Shown here piece after piece: positions 15,301 to 25,812 of a stretch of DNA of 64,000 bases. The notes beneath the pieces were generated by a model, which ran no database searches, had not been told where the DNA came from, and saw only the letters and a list, made by a program, of their open reading frames with translations. The translations under genes were made by a program, and so were the position numbers. The DNA comes from Escherichia phage vB_EcoM_PTE-Eco05, in sequence record PQ306573.1; one strand, written 5' to 3'. How positions within the stretch are numbered: the stretch's first letter is position 1; every line of letters begins with the position of its first letter.

Positions 15301-15416
15301 GCTATTTCCACAAAATAGTAGAAATTAGCGCCAACCTCATCCCAGCGAATTTGAACTTGGTTTGCGGACAATTTAGATAATCTGAGACTCGTGACTGCTG
15401 GCGCTTTTACTGTCAT
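12318..15416 (-). CDS. 7: baseplate wedge initiator (gp7-like)
   Basis: 1032-aa ORF, identical length to T4 gp7, correct synteny. Confidence 0.92.
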   Translation of the reverse strand: MTVKAPAVTSLRLSKLSANQVQIRWDEVGANFYYFVEIAETKTANGEAIPRNSYRWTNLGYTADNNFFESGLNSLTTYMMRVATAAEGFEQSDWRYTEEFETFEINAYTFQHMIEMQLANEFISEKFTKNNTNYVDFNNDTIMAALMSESFQFSPAYTDVSSIRNFIIGENQYHEIQGHIQDVCKDINRVYLMESEGILYLFERFQPIVKVSNDKGQTWKAVKLLNDRVGYPLSRTVYYQSEYTTYLLGYDKIFYGRKSSDIRWSADDVRFSSQDVTFAKIGDRLNLGFDVEIFGTYASLPGNVSRIAEAITCNDDYVYIAARDKVRFVKTSNAPIDSDPLSPTYSERLFEPETFTITGNPKAVCYKMDSVGGRIFALIIGEVENVNDDPRTKPILDSVDKGVYVLDHDAGTFKRIFGNTEEERRRIEPAFTNMSTDGVELYISSSNFKFLESDIVDDPETQSKYGLLGAVKYEYPREWLADKHYHMMIFASNEESNWETFSPTPMQYYAEPFFSYSRKSGTRSWINNSDRAVVIYSDLLYTKVVESHPSTSPDRKVHEYWNDGDCKIVMPNIEFTGFKKYASGMLFYKSSGEIISYYDFSYRVRDNVSIIWKPTNVFLTSSLQNQEKETSWVPVEETGLADPDLRPLLTTMMPESYLLDNTNFEAFCEAYIQYLSDGYGTHYNNLLNLIKNKYPREEHAWEYLWSEIYKRNIYLNAEKRDLVSRFFESRSYDFYSTKGTEASYKFLFKVLYNEDVEVEIESSAGTEYDIIIQSDSISEDLVGQTIYTATGRCNVTYLERSYSKGKLQWTVTIHNLLGRLLVGQEVKAERLADFEGEIVRGIKGKELAQNTIDYFNRGRAYYVMKIKSNLPSSRWKSDVLRFVHPVGFGFIAITLLTMFINTGLTLKHVETIINKYKNYKWDSGLPTEYADRVARLDPQGNVEFNPVTGEVIYDASPYAGIEYPLPANYNEENDNSIFQGQLPSERRKPMSPLFDASGTTFSRFRELVNERLLDNVGNPRDPINPPQVKLDE

Positions 15417-17383
15417 TGTGAAATAGGCTCCAAATCTATGGTTAAATATTGCGGACGTAAGTCATTTTCAAATACAATTAATGACCCGTCTTTAGTAAAG
15501 ATAACATCATCAGCTGGGTCTGAATAGAGTTCAATAGTTTGAACTTCAAACCTATCAGAAGTTAAATCAATTTTAGCTATATTCCAATAAATTGAATCAG
15601 CCGGATAATTTACTTCACCTATAGAGTAATATTTGTTTCTTCCGTCCGTAACATGAAGTTTATTAAAATCGTCACCAGTATATGGTTGAATATAAGCATT
15701 TTCTATAACGTCGCCATCTGCAAACGGGCCAATGATAACTTGTCCAATGCCACGGTCATTTCTATCTGAACCTACAATGCGAACGTCATATTTAATAGTA
15801 GCTTCCGTTTCAGGGTCAACGCGTAAACTATCAAATGAAAACACGTTAGATTCTAATGTTCTATCTTTAATCTGGTTATTGTATTTAATACCTGTTTCAG
15901 GTGTTTTGTAGAAGTTCTGTACCTCGCGAACCATTTGAATAGTCGCAGACGAACCAATGATAGAAATATCTGCGTCATCGACATACGTTAGCATTTTAGA
16001 TTTTGCGAATGACGAGTTAAAAATTTCCACGTCTTCAATATAATACCGGTCGATTTTATTAATAATTTGGCCTTCTAACCATTGTTCAGATTCCTGTAAT
16101 TTGTTCAATGCATACGTAACGCGAATATTCATTTTAATAAACAAATAATCAGGAGAAATAACAACAGGAGTTATCGTCCCTAAGTTATACTCATTAAGAT
16201 AATTTTTAATATCATCTCGTTGGACGGAAGTCAAATATAACCCAGACTTAGGTTTAGCAGCAATAAATGCGTACCCAGGCTTAGATGAATCCGTAAATGT
16301 CTGAACCGCTTGAATAATAGAACCAAATCGTTCAGAGACGAATGTGTCGTAATCAGTCGCAGTCACACATCGTTGTTGAGTTTCACGTTTAATTGTACCT
16401 AATTCACGGATACGTTCAATATCTTCAGGGTCGCCACCGCCATCCGCACCAACGAAGTCAGGGTTATTACTTGGGTTTTCATTAATTCCAATAACTGTGA
16501 TATTAGCTAATGTATCAGCATAAGAGAATCCTACTGCACCATTTGCTTCAGCACCATTAGTAGAAATATATTCAATTACGATTTTAGAACCCTGGACAGG
16601 TTTAAGGCCACCAATGTAGTTGGATGTTAAAGCACCTTCTGATGTGCTAATAGAGATTTCACCTTCACCAAAATAAAATTCAGTGTTCCCGTCAACAGTT
16701 TCTCGCATATAATAAATGGTTGAAGTAGAACCAGCATGAACCATCGATTTGCGAGTCCAGTTAATCCATTCTGCTCCGTCAACATACAATTTAACCAAAT
16801 TACGGTCGATGTTCTTATCACGAATAATGATAGGTTTTAATTTATCAAATGTTAATTCAGTGCGAACAATACGTCCCTGAGCTAACCTAAGACGTGGGAA
16901 ATATTGATTATTTTTATCTTTAACTACAATGACGTCTTCGGTAGAGACAAAGTTATATGGATTTACAGAAGTACCTTTAGCATATGCCAGGAAACGAGTG
17001 CCACGTGGAATAGTGATATAGTTTCTATTTAATGCATCCGTACATGTGAGCATAATTTCTGTTTGTGCTGCTGATTTAGATGCAGGCAAATATCCATTAT
17101 CCTGAGCCGCTTGTACAACGGAACTGCGCAAGTTAGCAGTACGCATAAAGCTTTCATACACTGCACTATTACTGAACTGTTGGATGTAAAGAGTGTTATA
17201 TGCTAAAAGGTCACACAATACGTTTAAGCGTGAACCTTCAAAATCATAATCAAGAAATTCATTCTGCCCATTAAGCCATTCGATAATGTTCTGTTTGATT
17301 TCGGCAAATGTGCCCCCGATAAAAATTTCGGGAATAGCATTTGCCGTTCTGACTAACTGATAATTTACAGGAGTGTTTGCCAT
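15413..17383 (-). CDS. 6: baseplate wedge protein (gp6-like)
   Basis: From internal Met MANTPVNYQLVRTANAIPEIF..., which matches recalled T4 gp6 nearly residue for residue; ORF track start 17440 is probably an upstream extension. Confidence 0.94.
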   Translation of the reverse strand: MANTPVNYQLVRTANAIPEIFIGGTFAEIKQNIIEWLNGQNEFLDYDFEGSRLNVLCDLLAYNTLYIQQFSNSAVYESFMRTANLRSSVVQAAQDNGYLPASKSAAQTEIMLTCTDALNRNYITIPRGTRFLAYAKGTSVNPYNFVSTEDVIVVKDKNNQYFPRLRLAQGRIVRTELTFDKLKPIIIRDKNIDRNLVKLYVDGAEWINWTRKSMVHAGSTSTIYYMRETVDGNTEFYFGEGEISISTSEGALTSNYIGGLKPVQGSKIVIEYISTNGAEANGAVGFSYADTLANITVIGINENPSNNPDFVGADGGGDPEDIERIRELGTIKRETQQRCVTATDYDTFVSERFGSIIQAVQTFTDSSKPGYAFIAAKPKSGLYLTSVQRDDIKNYLNEYNLGTITPVVISPDYLFIKMNIRVTYALNKLQESEQWLEGQIINKIDRYYIEDVEIFNSSFAKSKMLTYVDDADISIIGSSATIQMVREVQNFYKTPETGIKYNNQIKDRTLESNVFSFDSLRVDPETEATIKYDVRIVGSDRNDRGIGQVIIGPFADGDVIENAYIQPYTGDDFNKLHVTDGRNKYYSIGEVNYPADSIYWNIAKIDLTSDRFEVQTIELYSDPADDVIFTKDGSLIVFENDLRPQYLTIDLEPISQ

Positions 17384-17391
17384 TTTAATTC

Positions 17392-17685
17392 CTATTTTAT
17401 AAAGACTTTTGACGAGGCCTGAGAAACAGTATCCCCGCATGAAATTGGGTCAGCCATTTGAACGGCCTTTTTACCGGTGACATATACTTTAGATGTACGA
17501 GGTTCAGTAACACCACCATGAGTCTCGTACGGTTTTTTAATTTCTGTATGAGGTATTATTTGGTCTCCTGCTACAAGAACAGGAATACCGCCGGTGAATA
17601 CTTTAGATTGAGAAGCATTAATTACTGTAGGAGGCCATGCTTCATGACCTGTTGTAACGCACTGGTCGTAACTTAATCCAGACAT
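17392..17685 (-). CDS. 5.4: PAAR-repeat spike tip protein (gp5.4-like)
   Basis: 97 aa from [30 protein letters not shown]..., matches recalled T4 gp5.4 PAAR protein. Confidence 0.92.
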   Translation of the reverse strand: MSGLSYDQCVTTGHEAWPPTVINASQSKVFTGGIPVLVAGDQIIPHTEIKKPYETHGGVTEPRTSKVYVTGKKAVQMADPISCGDTVSQASSKVFIK

Positions 17686-17687
17686 TT

Positions 17688-18203
17688 TTATGGCCTCGCA
17701 TAAACATAGTTTCGTAATTGTTGAGCCCATTTGCTCCAATTTCCTACTATAGTTTTTGTATAAACCTTAGTAAGAGTTTTTTGTATCGGAGCTGGCGGAG
17801 GTTCTGTACTAGAGTCACTTCTTGAGCCGCCTGATGAACTTTCTTCTTGGTAGTTATAAATCATTTCAACCGTATAACTAAACACTTTACGAAGATTCTG
17901 AGGAGCTCTCCACAAATATAGTTGAGTGCTTTGGTCTTGCGGTAAATCTTCCCATGAAGATGCAGTTTTAAAATCATCGTTTAATCGATATTTCAATGCA
18001 TCTGAAGAAAAGCTAAATACACTTTCATATGTTCCATATAAGTGATTACCGTCCACCGTAATGCCTTGTGCTGGTTCATAATCTATTATATTTATTGACA
18101 CCAAAGTTTCGGTTGTTTCTAACTGTGGAGTAAAAAGGACGTCAATAGACGCCCCTTCCATGTCTTCTCCTAAGTCGGTATTTAAAGGAAGTATTTGTGC
18201 CAT
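17688..18203 (-). CDS. hypothetical protein in gp5.1 position
   Basis: 171-aa ORF between gene 5 and 5.4; no motif recognised. Confidence 0.6.
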   Translation of the reverse strand: MAQILPLNTDLGEDMEGASIDVLFTPQLETTETLVSINIIDYEPAQGITVDGNHLYGTYESVFSFSSDALKYRLNDDFKTASSWEDLPQDQSTQLYLWRAPQNLRKVFSYTVEMIYNYQEESSSGGSRSDSSTEPPPAPIQKTLTKVYTKTIVGNWSKWAQQLRNYVYARP

Positions 18204-18206
18204 ATA

Positions 18207-19940
18207 TTACCCAATATCAATACGAGATCCGTCAACAGTGTATTGTCCTGAAGCTATTGAGCTCATTGTAGTCATTGTCTCCGACCAATTGCCAGCAACA
18301 GTCATATCAACATTACCATTGACAGTCCATTTAACATTACCATTGACAGTATAGTCATGATTCCCTTCAACTTGAGTCTTAGCATCACCTTTAACAAGAA
18401 TATCTGCATTCCCGTCAACGACTATTTTGATATTGCCCTTAACGTAAAGAGTTCCATCACCTTCAACAGTTTTAACTTGGTTGCCACGAATAAAGATTGT
18501 GTCGTTGCCGTCTATTTGATGGAGGCGGTCTGCCATGTTATAATATATTTCGTTAGCACCAACGTTAACAAGTTTATCACCAGAAACCAGGAAATTCCCA
18601 TCACCATTAGTGATGTCAAAAAGGTCTTCTACAGTTTTACGAGTACGACGCCCGGATGGAGAAACTTCCTCATATGACCCTGTTGGATGAACTAAGCGAT
18701 AACGTTCATTACCTGGAGTATCGTCAAATTCTTGGATATGACCACTTTCTGTTTCCATAGCATGAACGTATGGATACTCACCACGATAACTTGATTCTGG
18801 TTCTTTAAAAAGGATGCGTGAATCTAATGGAACAGGAGGACCAGCCGGGTCTTCTGGATCGGTATTTCTAGTAACTAAATCGGCACCAACTCCTGGTGAA
18901 GGCGGTGTTTTAACAGGAACACCGTATGATTCCATGTTACCTGTTAAAATAATTGTTGTTACACGTGAAGCGCGTCCTTTAGTCTGTTGGAACCATAATG
19001 AATCGCGTCCGGATTTGTATGCGGTTTTCCAATCGCCTGCGGCCATTGCTTTAAGCATAGTATTGAATTTTGCTACACCACCAACGCCCATTTGGAAGCA
19101 CATGTTTTCTAATGCCATTTGACGAGATCTGTTCATTTTAGCATAAACAGGACCTACTTTAGAATTAGAACGAATATCTTTCTGCATCTTAGCAAGGTCC
19201 TTCTCAAATAGAGCTGTTGCTTCTTCTAATGTAATAGTTCCCGGATTTCCTGTTACTTCACGCCCTACTTGATCAGATAACAATTTATTAATTCGAGACA
19301 TATCTCGGGTCTTTTCCATTACGATAAGGTGTCCAATACCTACTGTAGGATACCCTAGATGGTCCCAATACACTTTATCACGAAGACCTTCATCACGACG
19401 TAACATTTCTGTTATTGTAAAATTAGGGTCATCATCTTCTGGAATATTTGCTAAATCTGTATCGTCTGGGTTTATACCATAATCCAAGTTGTTATCTTGA
19501 ATTACGTTAGAGTTCGAATAATAACCAGCTTCACCACCTTGGTTTAATACGTTCGTATCATTACCTAAACGTCGTGGATATTGACCTGTAGGGTCGGAAA
19601 AACCTTCGAGTCTATTAGGTTTTTCACGTACAATTCCGCCATACGTACCGAGTACAATACCGTTTGTTTTCCATTTGTCTAAGAAATGACCATATACTCG
19701 AGTTCCTTCAACAGGGCCTGTAACAGATCCGCCAATACCCGACATTGATGCAGACGTAATAGGTTGAATAACAGTCATCCATGGAAGTTTTTCTGTAGGA
19801 ATACCTTGTACATCACCTTGTGCTCTCTGTGCTGGATGCAGGCCTACGACTCGTACTCGAACACGCCCTTGTTTCAATGGGTCCATTCTGTCTTCAACAA
19901 CACCCACAAACCAATTAAGGCTACTGCTAATCATTTCCAT
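18207..19940 (-). CDS. 5: baseplate central spike with lysozyme domain (gp5-like)
   Basis: 577-aa ORF; internal lysozyme-like segment (DEGLRDKVYWDHLGYPTVGIGHL) resembling gene e product; C-terminal beta-helix repeats (VxGNxxxxV). Confidence 0.93.
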   Translation of the reverse strand: MEMISSSLNWFVGVVEDRMDPLKQGRVRVRVVGLHPAQRAQGDVQGIPTEKLPWMTVIQPITSASMSGIGGSVTGPVEGTRVYGHFLDKWKTNGIVLGTYGGIVREKPNRLEGFSDPTGQYPRRLGNDTNVLNQGGEAGYYSNSNVIQDNNLDYGINPDDTDLANIPEDDDPNFTITEMLRRDEGLRDKVYWDHLGYPTVGIGHLIVMEKTRDMSRINKLLSDQVGREVTGNPGTITLEEATALFEKDLAKMQKDIRSNSKVGPVYAKMNRSRQMALENMCFQMGVGGVAKFNTMLKAMAAGDWKTAYKSGRDSLWFQQTKGRASRVTTIILTGNMESYGVPVKTPPSPGVGADLVTRNTDPEDPAGPPVPLDSRILFKEPESSYRGEYPYVHAMETESGHIQEFDDTPGNERYRLVHPTGSYEEVSPSGRRTRKTVEDLFDITNGDGNFLVSGDKLVNVGANEIYYNMADRLHQIDGNDTIFIRGNQVKTVEGDGTLYVKGNIKIVVDGNADILVKGDAKTQVEGNHDYTVNGNVKWTVNGNVDMTVAGNWSETMTTMSSIASGQYTVDGSRIDIG

Positions 19941-20515
19941 TATGCAATCTCCATCTCACGAATCAAATCAGTGATAAATGAGTTTATATCTTCCTTTGCA
20001 ACAATTTTTATTTTACGAAGTTTTTCGTTATCTAGTACAGCCGCTTCATAAGTATCTACTGCAGCTAAAGGTCCTTTATATTGCGGATACTTACGAGCTT
20101 TGTCGCCTTTATCATACCATACTAATGGCTCATCTGGATATGAAACTAAGTTGTAAAATTTCTCGCGTTTTTCGTTAATATGATAAAGAATTTGGTCGCC
20201 ACCAGCATTAGCATATTTCTGAATAGAAGCTTGATACGCTGCTTCCTGAGATGTAATCCAACCATAATACGGGTCGTAGTTGTCATTACACATCAAAAGG
20301 ACCCAGTATAATTGAGGGTTGCCATAAATGATATTCGCTAGTTCTTCAGGACGCGGAGAGCCTTTAATATAATAAGAACGTAATCTATAATTGGCGGCAA
20401 CACGCTTAAAGTACTCTTTATAGTTACGAAATATGTCTGTCATAGGAATAGTAGGTGCATTCTTATCAACTGTTTTAGCACTATATCCTATTGGGTCGAA
20501 GAATGTAAATAACAA
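19940..20515 (-). CDS. 53: baseplate wedge protein (gp53-like)
   Basis: 191-aa ORF starting MLFTFFDPIGYSAK as in recalled T4 gp53; divergent from gene 4. Confidence 0.92.
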   Translation of the reverse strand: MLFTFFDPIGYSAKTVDKNAPTIPMTDIFRNYKEYFKRVAANYRLRSYYIKGSPRPEELANIIYGNPQLYWVLLMCNDNYDPYYGWITSQEAAYQASIQKYANAGGDQILYHINEKREKFYNLVSYPDEPLVWYDKGDKARKYPQYKGPLAAVDTYEAAVLDNEKLRKIKIVAKEDINSFITDLIREMEIA

Positions 20516-20542
20516 GATAGTCTCCTTCCAATATGAAATTGG

Positions 20543-20550
20543 TATAAATA
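20543..20550 (+). promoter_or_regulatory. T4-type late promoter TATAAATA for gene 4
   Basis: Exact TATAAATA 27 bp upstream of ATG 20577, with AGGAGG Shine-Dalgarno between. Confidence 0.75.
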
Positions 20551-20557
20551 ATAATAC

Positions 20558-20565
20558 TATTTATA
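20558..20565 (-). promoter_or_regulatory. T4-type late promoter TATAAATA (minus strand) for gene 53
   Basis: Plus-strand TATTTATA about 43 bp upstream of the gene 53 start codon; divergent with the gene 4 promoter. Confidence 0.7.
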
Positions 20566-20576
20566 AGGAGGACAAC

Positions 20577-21026
20577 ATGGCCTACTCTGGTAAATGGGTC
20601 CCAAAAAATTTAAAAAAATACCGTGGAGACCATACCAAAATAACGTATCGTTCAAACTGGGAAAAATTCTTTTTCGAATGGTTGGATAAAAATCCAGAAA
20701 TTATTGCATGGGGTAGTGAAACAGCAGTAATTCCATATTTTTGTAATGCCGAAGGTAAGAAACGTCGATACTATATGGACATATGGATGAAAGATGCATC
20801 AGGTCAAGAGTTTTTTGTAGAAATAAAACCAAAGAAAGAAACTCAGCCACCTATTAAGCCTGCAAATCTTACGACTGCAGCAAAGAAACGTTATATGAAC
20901 GAGATCTACGTGTGGTCTGTGAACTGTGACAAATGGAAAGCTGCGTCAGCTGTTGCTGAAAAGAGAAATATAAAATTTCGAGTTCTAACCGAAGATGGTC
21001 TTAGAAAACTCGGATACAAGGGGTAA
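20577..21026 (+). CDS. 4: head completion protein (gp4-like)
   Basis: 149 aa from [11 protein letters not shown]... after AGGAGG; ORF track start 20433 lies upstream of the late promoter and is unlikely. Confidence 0.88.
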   Translation: MAYSGKWVPKNLKKYRGDHTKITYRSNWEKFFFEWLDKNPEIIAWGSETAVIPYFCNAEGKKRRYYMDIWMKDASGQEFFVEIKPKKETQPPIKPANLTTAAKKRYMNEIYVWSVNCDKWKAASAVAEKRNIKFRVLTEDGLRKLGYKG

Positions 21027-21028
21027 TT

Positions 21029-21850
21029 ATGAGCATATTCCAAATTATATCTGAAGGCGTACAAGCCCCTAAGATTGCTCAGTCTATGAATGAAAGAAAA
21101 TGGATTGAGATAGGATTAGAATACAAGAAAGCTAAAGAGAAAGGAATCACTGCAAAAGCATTTGCAGAATCAAAAGGAATAAAATACTCGTCGTTTACAT
21201 CTGCAATGTCTAGATATGCATCATCTATTAAGACTGCACAGAAAATTGAAACGCTTGAATCTAAACCTAAAAATAAACTCAATAAGCAAGAACGTCAACT
21301 TCTGATGATAAACTCGTTTCGCAGTTCAATACGAGAAAAGATTAGAAATGAAGGCGCAGCAGTAAACAACAAATCATCTAAGTGGTTTGTTGAAACAATT
21401 AAAAAAAGTGTAAAAGGTCATAAAGTAGTCAAGCCTACACCAGGCAAAATTTATACTTACGTGTATGATGCTAAACATAAAGATACTCTGCCGTATTGGG
21501 ACAGATATCCTTTGATTATTTATTTAGGATTAGGTAAACATAATTTGATGTATGGGTTAAACTTGCACTATATCCCACCTAAAGCACGTCAACAGTTTCT
21601 TGAAGAATTGCTGAAGCAATATGCTAGCACAACTACTATTACTAATAACACAAAGTTGAAGATAGACTGGAGCAAGGTGAAAGGATTTCAAGGTGCTGAC
21701 AAAATGATTAAAGCATACCTGCCAGGCCACATTAGAGGAACAATAACAGAAATAGCTCCTAAAGACTGGGCTAACATAATCATGTTACCTACTCAGCAGT
21801 TTATGTCAAAAGGAAAACGTTTCTCTGCGAATACTGTTTGGAAATCTTAA
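21029..21850 (+). CDS. 2: DNA end protector protein (gp2-like)
   Basis: 273-aa ORF, T4 gp2 size, synteny 4-2-3-1. Confidence 0.85.
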   Translation: MSIFQIISEGVQAPKIAQSMNERKWIEIGLEYKKAKEKGITAKAFAESKGIKYSSFTSAMSRYASSIKTAQKIETLESKPKNKLNKQERQLLMINSFRSSIREKIRNEGAAVNNKSSKWFVETIKKSVKGHKVVKPTPGKIYTYVYDAKHKDTLPYWDRYPLIIYLGLGKHNLMYGLNLHYIPPKARQQFLEELLKQYASTTTITNNTKLKIDWSKVKGFQGADKMIKAYLPGHIRGTITEIAPKDWANIIMLPTQQFMSKGKRFSANTVWKS

Positions 21851-21952
21851 TTCTATTCTCTTCCGTTCTTCTGATATTCTGTTGAACCGGATTAATGGAA
21901 GAGACCTAAAACCATTATACTGCATTTTTATTAAAGCGTTTTTGAGGTGCTT

Positions 21953-22537
21953 ATGACTCGTCCAACGAGACAGATTTTTAACCAAACAAATATAACAAAC
22001 TTTGTTGTGGATATCCCAGATAGTACACGAACTTCAGGTTTTGTGCTCAATGCCCAAACGGCACCGTTGCCAGGTGTGAGAATTCCTGTTGTTGAAACTG
22101 TGACAGGCACAATGGGGTTAGGACGTGCAATGCGTGCAGGCACCACATTTGAATATGACCCTTTTGTTGTACGATTTATAGTTGATGAAGACATGACGTC
22201 CTGGATGAACATGTATAAATGGATGCTCAGCACTAATAACTATATAACCGGACATAATACGGCACACTCTGATGGTCCTGAGTTTGTTACTTTGCACATT
22301 TTAAACAACAATAAGACTGAAGTAGTTTTGACGGCGAATTTCTATAAACCATGGATTTCTGATTTGAGTGAAATTGAATTTAGTTACACTGAAGATTCTG
22401 ACCCTGCCGTTACGTGCGTAGCAACTATTCACTATGCGTATATGACGATAGAAAAGGATGGTGAAGTCATTGTATCTCAACAACCACGTCAAGCAGTCGA
22501 ATCTAAATCCATTTCTAGACACCCTTCCTTGCGTTAA
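21953..22537 (+). CDS. 3: tail completion / sheath stabilizer (gp3-like)
   Basis: ORF between gene 2 and gene 1; ATG at 21953 preceded by GAGGTG; assignment by synteny only. Confidence 0.7.
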   Translation: MTRPTRQIFNQTNITNFVVDIPDSTRTSGFVLNAQTAPLPGVRIPVVETVTGTMGLGRAMRAGTTFEYDPFVVRFIVDEDMTSWMNMYKWMLSTNNYITGHNTAHSDGPEFVTLHILNNNKTEVVLTANFYKPWISDLSEIEFSYTEDSDPAVTCVATIHYAYMTIEKDGEVIVSQQPRQAVESKSISRHPSLR

Positions 22538-22591
22538 TCGCTTCTAGCTCCATATGTTATAATCGTTCATAAATTATATGAGGAAAAACCT

Positions 22592-23326
22592 ATGGAGCTA
22601 ATCTTTTTAAGCGGCATCAAACGTAGTGGTAAAGACACTACTGCTGATTACATCAATTCAAACTTTAAATCCATAAAATATCAATTAGCATATCCAATTA
22701 AAGACGCTCTAGCAATAGCTTGGGAGCGTAAACATGCCGAAAACCCGGATGTATTCACCGAGTTGAAATATGAATACTTTGAAGGCATTGGATACGACCG
22801 TGAAACACCATTAAATCTCAATAAATTGGATGTTATTGAATTAATGGAAGAAACGCTAATTTATTTACAACGACAATACCTGCCAATTAATGGTGTTAAC
22901 ATATTATCATCATTAGAAGGTGGGTATTCATATCTAGATATTAAACCATATGAAGCCCTGCGTGAAGCTATAAATAATATCAACGACACATGGTCAATCC
23001 GCCGTCTTATGCAAGCCCTCGGTACGGATGTTGTCGTTAATTTATTTGACCGTATGTATTGGGTTAAGCTTTTTGCATTAAACTATATGGATTATATTGG
23101 AAGTGATTTCGATTACTACGTTGTGACCGATACACGCCAAGTCCATGAAATGGAAACCGCTAGAGCGATGGGTGCTACAGTTATTCATGTGGTTCGCTCT
23201 GGTACGGAATCCACTGATAAACATATTACAGAAGCTGGGTTGCCTATTGAAGAAGGCGACTTAGTTATTACAAACGACGGCTCGTTAGAAGAGCTTTATT
23301 CTAAAATTGAAAAAATCTTAAGGTAA
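22592..23326 (+). CDS. 1: deoxynucleoside monophosphate kinase
   Basis: 244 aa, MELIFLSGIKRSGKDTTADY... P-loop; matches recalled T4 gp1. Confidence 0.93.
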   Translation: MELIFLSGIKRSGKDTTADYINSNFKSIKYQLAYPIKDALAIAWERKHAENPDVFTELKYEYFEGIGYDRETPLNLNKLDVIELMEETLIYLQRQYLPINGVNILSSLEGGYSYLDIKPYEALREAINNINDTWSIRRLMQALGTDVVVNLFDRMYWVKLFALNYMDYIGSDFDYYVVTDTRQVHEMETARAMGATVIHVVRSGTESTDKHITEAGLPIEEGDLVITNDGSLEELYSKIEKILR

Positions 23327-23330
23327 TAAA

Positions 23331-24016
<686 letters not shown>

Positions 24017-24029
24017 TTTTCACAAAACA

Positions 24030-24065
24030 GTTTACATAAGGATGATGGTGTGTTACTATCATCCT
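24030..24065 (+). promoter_or_regulatory. early promoter (GTTTAC-N18-TACTAT) with inverted repeat
   Basis: -35 GTTTAC 24030-24035, -10 TACTAT 24054-24059; inverted repeat AGGATGAT/ATCATCCT flanks the -10. Confidence 0.65.
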
Positions 24066-24093
24066 ATCAAATAAACAACCTCAAGGAAATAAA

Positions 24094-24405
24094 ATGAAAA
24101 CCTATCAAGAATTCATCGCGGAAGCTACTAAAGCAGATAAAAATTTTGTTATTAACACTAACGGCCCGTTAGATGATGAATACGCTAATGCTATTATTAA
24201 GTCAATTTCTAATCAAGGCGTTGAAGTATCAAATTTCGAATATAAGAAAAATGATACTTATATGGTAATTAGTATCAAAAAAGGTTCAAAGGCTAAAATT
24301 AAATCTGCATTTGGTGTTATGCGAGTCGACCAAATCGATAACCACGATTTTTCACAAACAGGGGTTAAACGCCAAAATACCATTTCTTCTAAAGGCATAA
24401 AATAA
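24094..24405 (+). CDS. internal protein with capsid-targeting N-terminus (IP family)
   Basis: N-terminus MKTYQEFIAEA matches the T4 internal-protein capsid-targeting/prohead-protease motif; 103 aa; position of ipI. Confidence 0.8.
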   Translation: MKTYQEFIAEATKADKNFVINTNGPLDDEYANAIIKSISNQGVEVSNFEYKKNDTYMVISIKKGSKAKIKSAFGVMRVDQIDNHDFSQTGVKRQNTISSKGIK

Positions 24406-24440
24406 TTTACAACACGATAGGACTATGTTATAGTAGTCCT
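24406..24440 (+). promoter_or_regulatory. early promoter cassette (TTTACA-N17-TATAGT with stem-loop)
   Basis: -35 24406-24411, -10 24429-24434; inverted repeat AGGACTA/TAGTCCT 24419-24440. Confidence 0.65.
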
Positions 24441-24466
24441 ATCAAAACAACCAAATGGAACCTAAA

Positions 24467-24730
24467 ATGAAAACTTTCAACGAATTCATCTCAGAATCAT
24501 CTGGTGTGAAAATTAACAAAGCGGTCAATCAGGTTATTGCTGTTATTCTTAATTTGTATAACATTGACTTAACTCCGCATATCACGCTTGGTAACAAACG
24601 AAACTTTTTCGTATTTGACACATCCGAACTTGATGAAAATCAGTTCAATAACATTCAACGTTTTGCGAATGATAAAGGTCTTCGACACGAGCCTGGTGGC
24701 TATAAAAAATACGCAATATATTTGAAATAA
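24467..24730 (+). CDS. internal protein-like (capsid-targeting N-terminus)
   Basis: Begins MKTFNEFISES; 87 aa. Confidence 0.7.
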   Translation: MKTFNEFISESSGVKINKAVNQVIAVILNLYNIDLTPHITLGNKRNFFVFDTSELDENQFNNIQRFANDKGLRHEPGGYKKYAIYLK

Positions 24731-24732
24731 AG

Positions 24733-24762
24733 GTATACAAGCCTATAGGGTTATGTTATAGT
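24733..24762 (+). promoter_or_regulatory. early promoter cassette (GTATAC-N18-TATAGT)
   Basis: Same TATGTTATAGTAGTCCTATCAAAACAA core as the 24406 cassette. Confidence 0.55.
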
Positions 24763-24799
24763 AGTCCTATCAAAACAAATGAGTAAATGGAGAAATAAA

Positions 24800-24985
24800 A
24801 TGAAACGCGCTGAACTGATTCGTAATGTTGCTGTAGTAATTGCTTCAATGGCTTTTAGTTTTTCGATGTTTGTAGGATTCATTTGTGGACTACTGACAAC
24901 AACTGAAAACTCTATCTCGTTGGTAGTAGCATTTCTAATCGGCTTAATCGCTATCGTTATGGATAAAATTGCAAAAGGTGAGTAA
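24800..24985 (+). CDS. small membrane protein
   Basis: 61 aa from MKRAEL after GGAG; two hydrophobic helices. Confidence 0.6.
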   Translation: MKRAELIRNVAVVIASMAFSFSMFVGFICGLLTTTENSISLVVAFLIGLIAIVMDKIAKGE

Positions 24986-25348
24986 ATGAAATATCATGTA
25001 TATGCAGATTTTGAAGCAAATCCTTCTAAAGACCCTGATTGTCGTTTGATACGCAGACCATTTGATTCAGCAGCTCAAGCCTGGGCCTGGATTAAAACTT
25101 GTACTCCTTCTTACACTTTCTTTGAAGTGGTAGACGATAACGGAGTTCTGCATCCAGAACCTACAGAAACTATTAATTTCCTTCTGTTTGCTGGTTATGA
25201 CTGTTATCCTCTTGGTGGTATTGACGACCTTGTTGCTACAGGAAAAACTGTTGAGGCTCTTCGCGAAATTTATAAAAATGCAGAAGAAAAATTTGACTGG
25301 TATCATATTGTTGATGCTCATACCTTTGAAGTGGTGGAACATTCATGA
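24986..25348 (+). CDS. hypothetical protein
   Basis: 120-aa ORF, tightly packed with neighbours. Confidence 0.6.
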   Translation: MKYHVYADFEANPSKDPDCRLIRRPFDSAAQAWAWIKTCTPSYTFFEVVDDNGVLHPEPTETINFLLFAGYDCYPLGGIDDLVATGKTVEALREIYKNAEEKFDWYHIVDAHTFEVVEHS

Positions 25349-25635
25349 TTCTTTATGCTAAGGTAAAATCCGTTGAGAATGGATATGAAAGTGACCAACG
25401 TGCAGCTAAAGCACTAGTCGATGACTACGGTATTCTGACTAACTTTGAGGTTGAAAAGGTTTACGTCGACCGTTCATCTTCACAGGTTAAATTACTTTGG
25501 GAAGACCGCAAATTTAATAGTGTGAACTTTGATTTCTTTATTGAAACTGAATCAGGCCCTCTTGAATATGATATTTTCAAGAACCCTTTGAAATTACGTT
25601 GCATTGAATATAACTACATTAATATGGTACGGTAA
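25345..25635 (+). CDS. hypothetical protein
   Basis: 96-aa ORF overlapping previous stop (ATGA). Confidence 0.6.
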   Translation: MILYAKVKSVENGYESDQRAAKALVDDYGILTNFEVEKVYVDRSSSQVKLLWEDRKFNSVNFDFFIETESGPLEYDIFKNPLKLRCIEYNYINMVR

Positions 25636-25731
25636 AACGTAATTTGCTTTAAGAATTATGTGTTATTATTAATCTACCCTCTATTACCAAAGGTGCTCCC
25701 TCAAGTGCCTTTCATAATAGAAAGTTATTTA

Positions 25732-25806
25732 GGCCCTGTAGCTCAATGGGAGAGCTGTCAGCTCATAACTGATAGGTAGCTGGATCGAAACCAGCCAGGG
25801 CCACCA
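25732..25806 (+). tRNA. tRNA with CAU anticodon (Met, or Ile if lysidine-modified)
   Basis: Hand fold: 7-bp acceptor GGCCCTG/CAGGGCC, D-arm GCTC..GAGC, anticodon loop CTCATAA, T-arm GCTGG-ATCGAAA-CCAGC, encoded CCA. Confidence 0.8.
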
Positions 25807-25812
25807 AACAAA

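Noticed and set aside
22538-22591. Possible MotA-dependent middle promoter upstream of gene 1 (CGCTTCTA ... TATAAT)
   Set aside because: The MotA box deviates from the TGCTT consensus at its first position; too weak to call without comparative or transcript data
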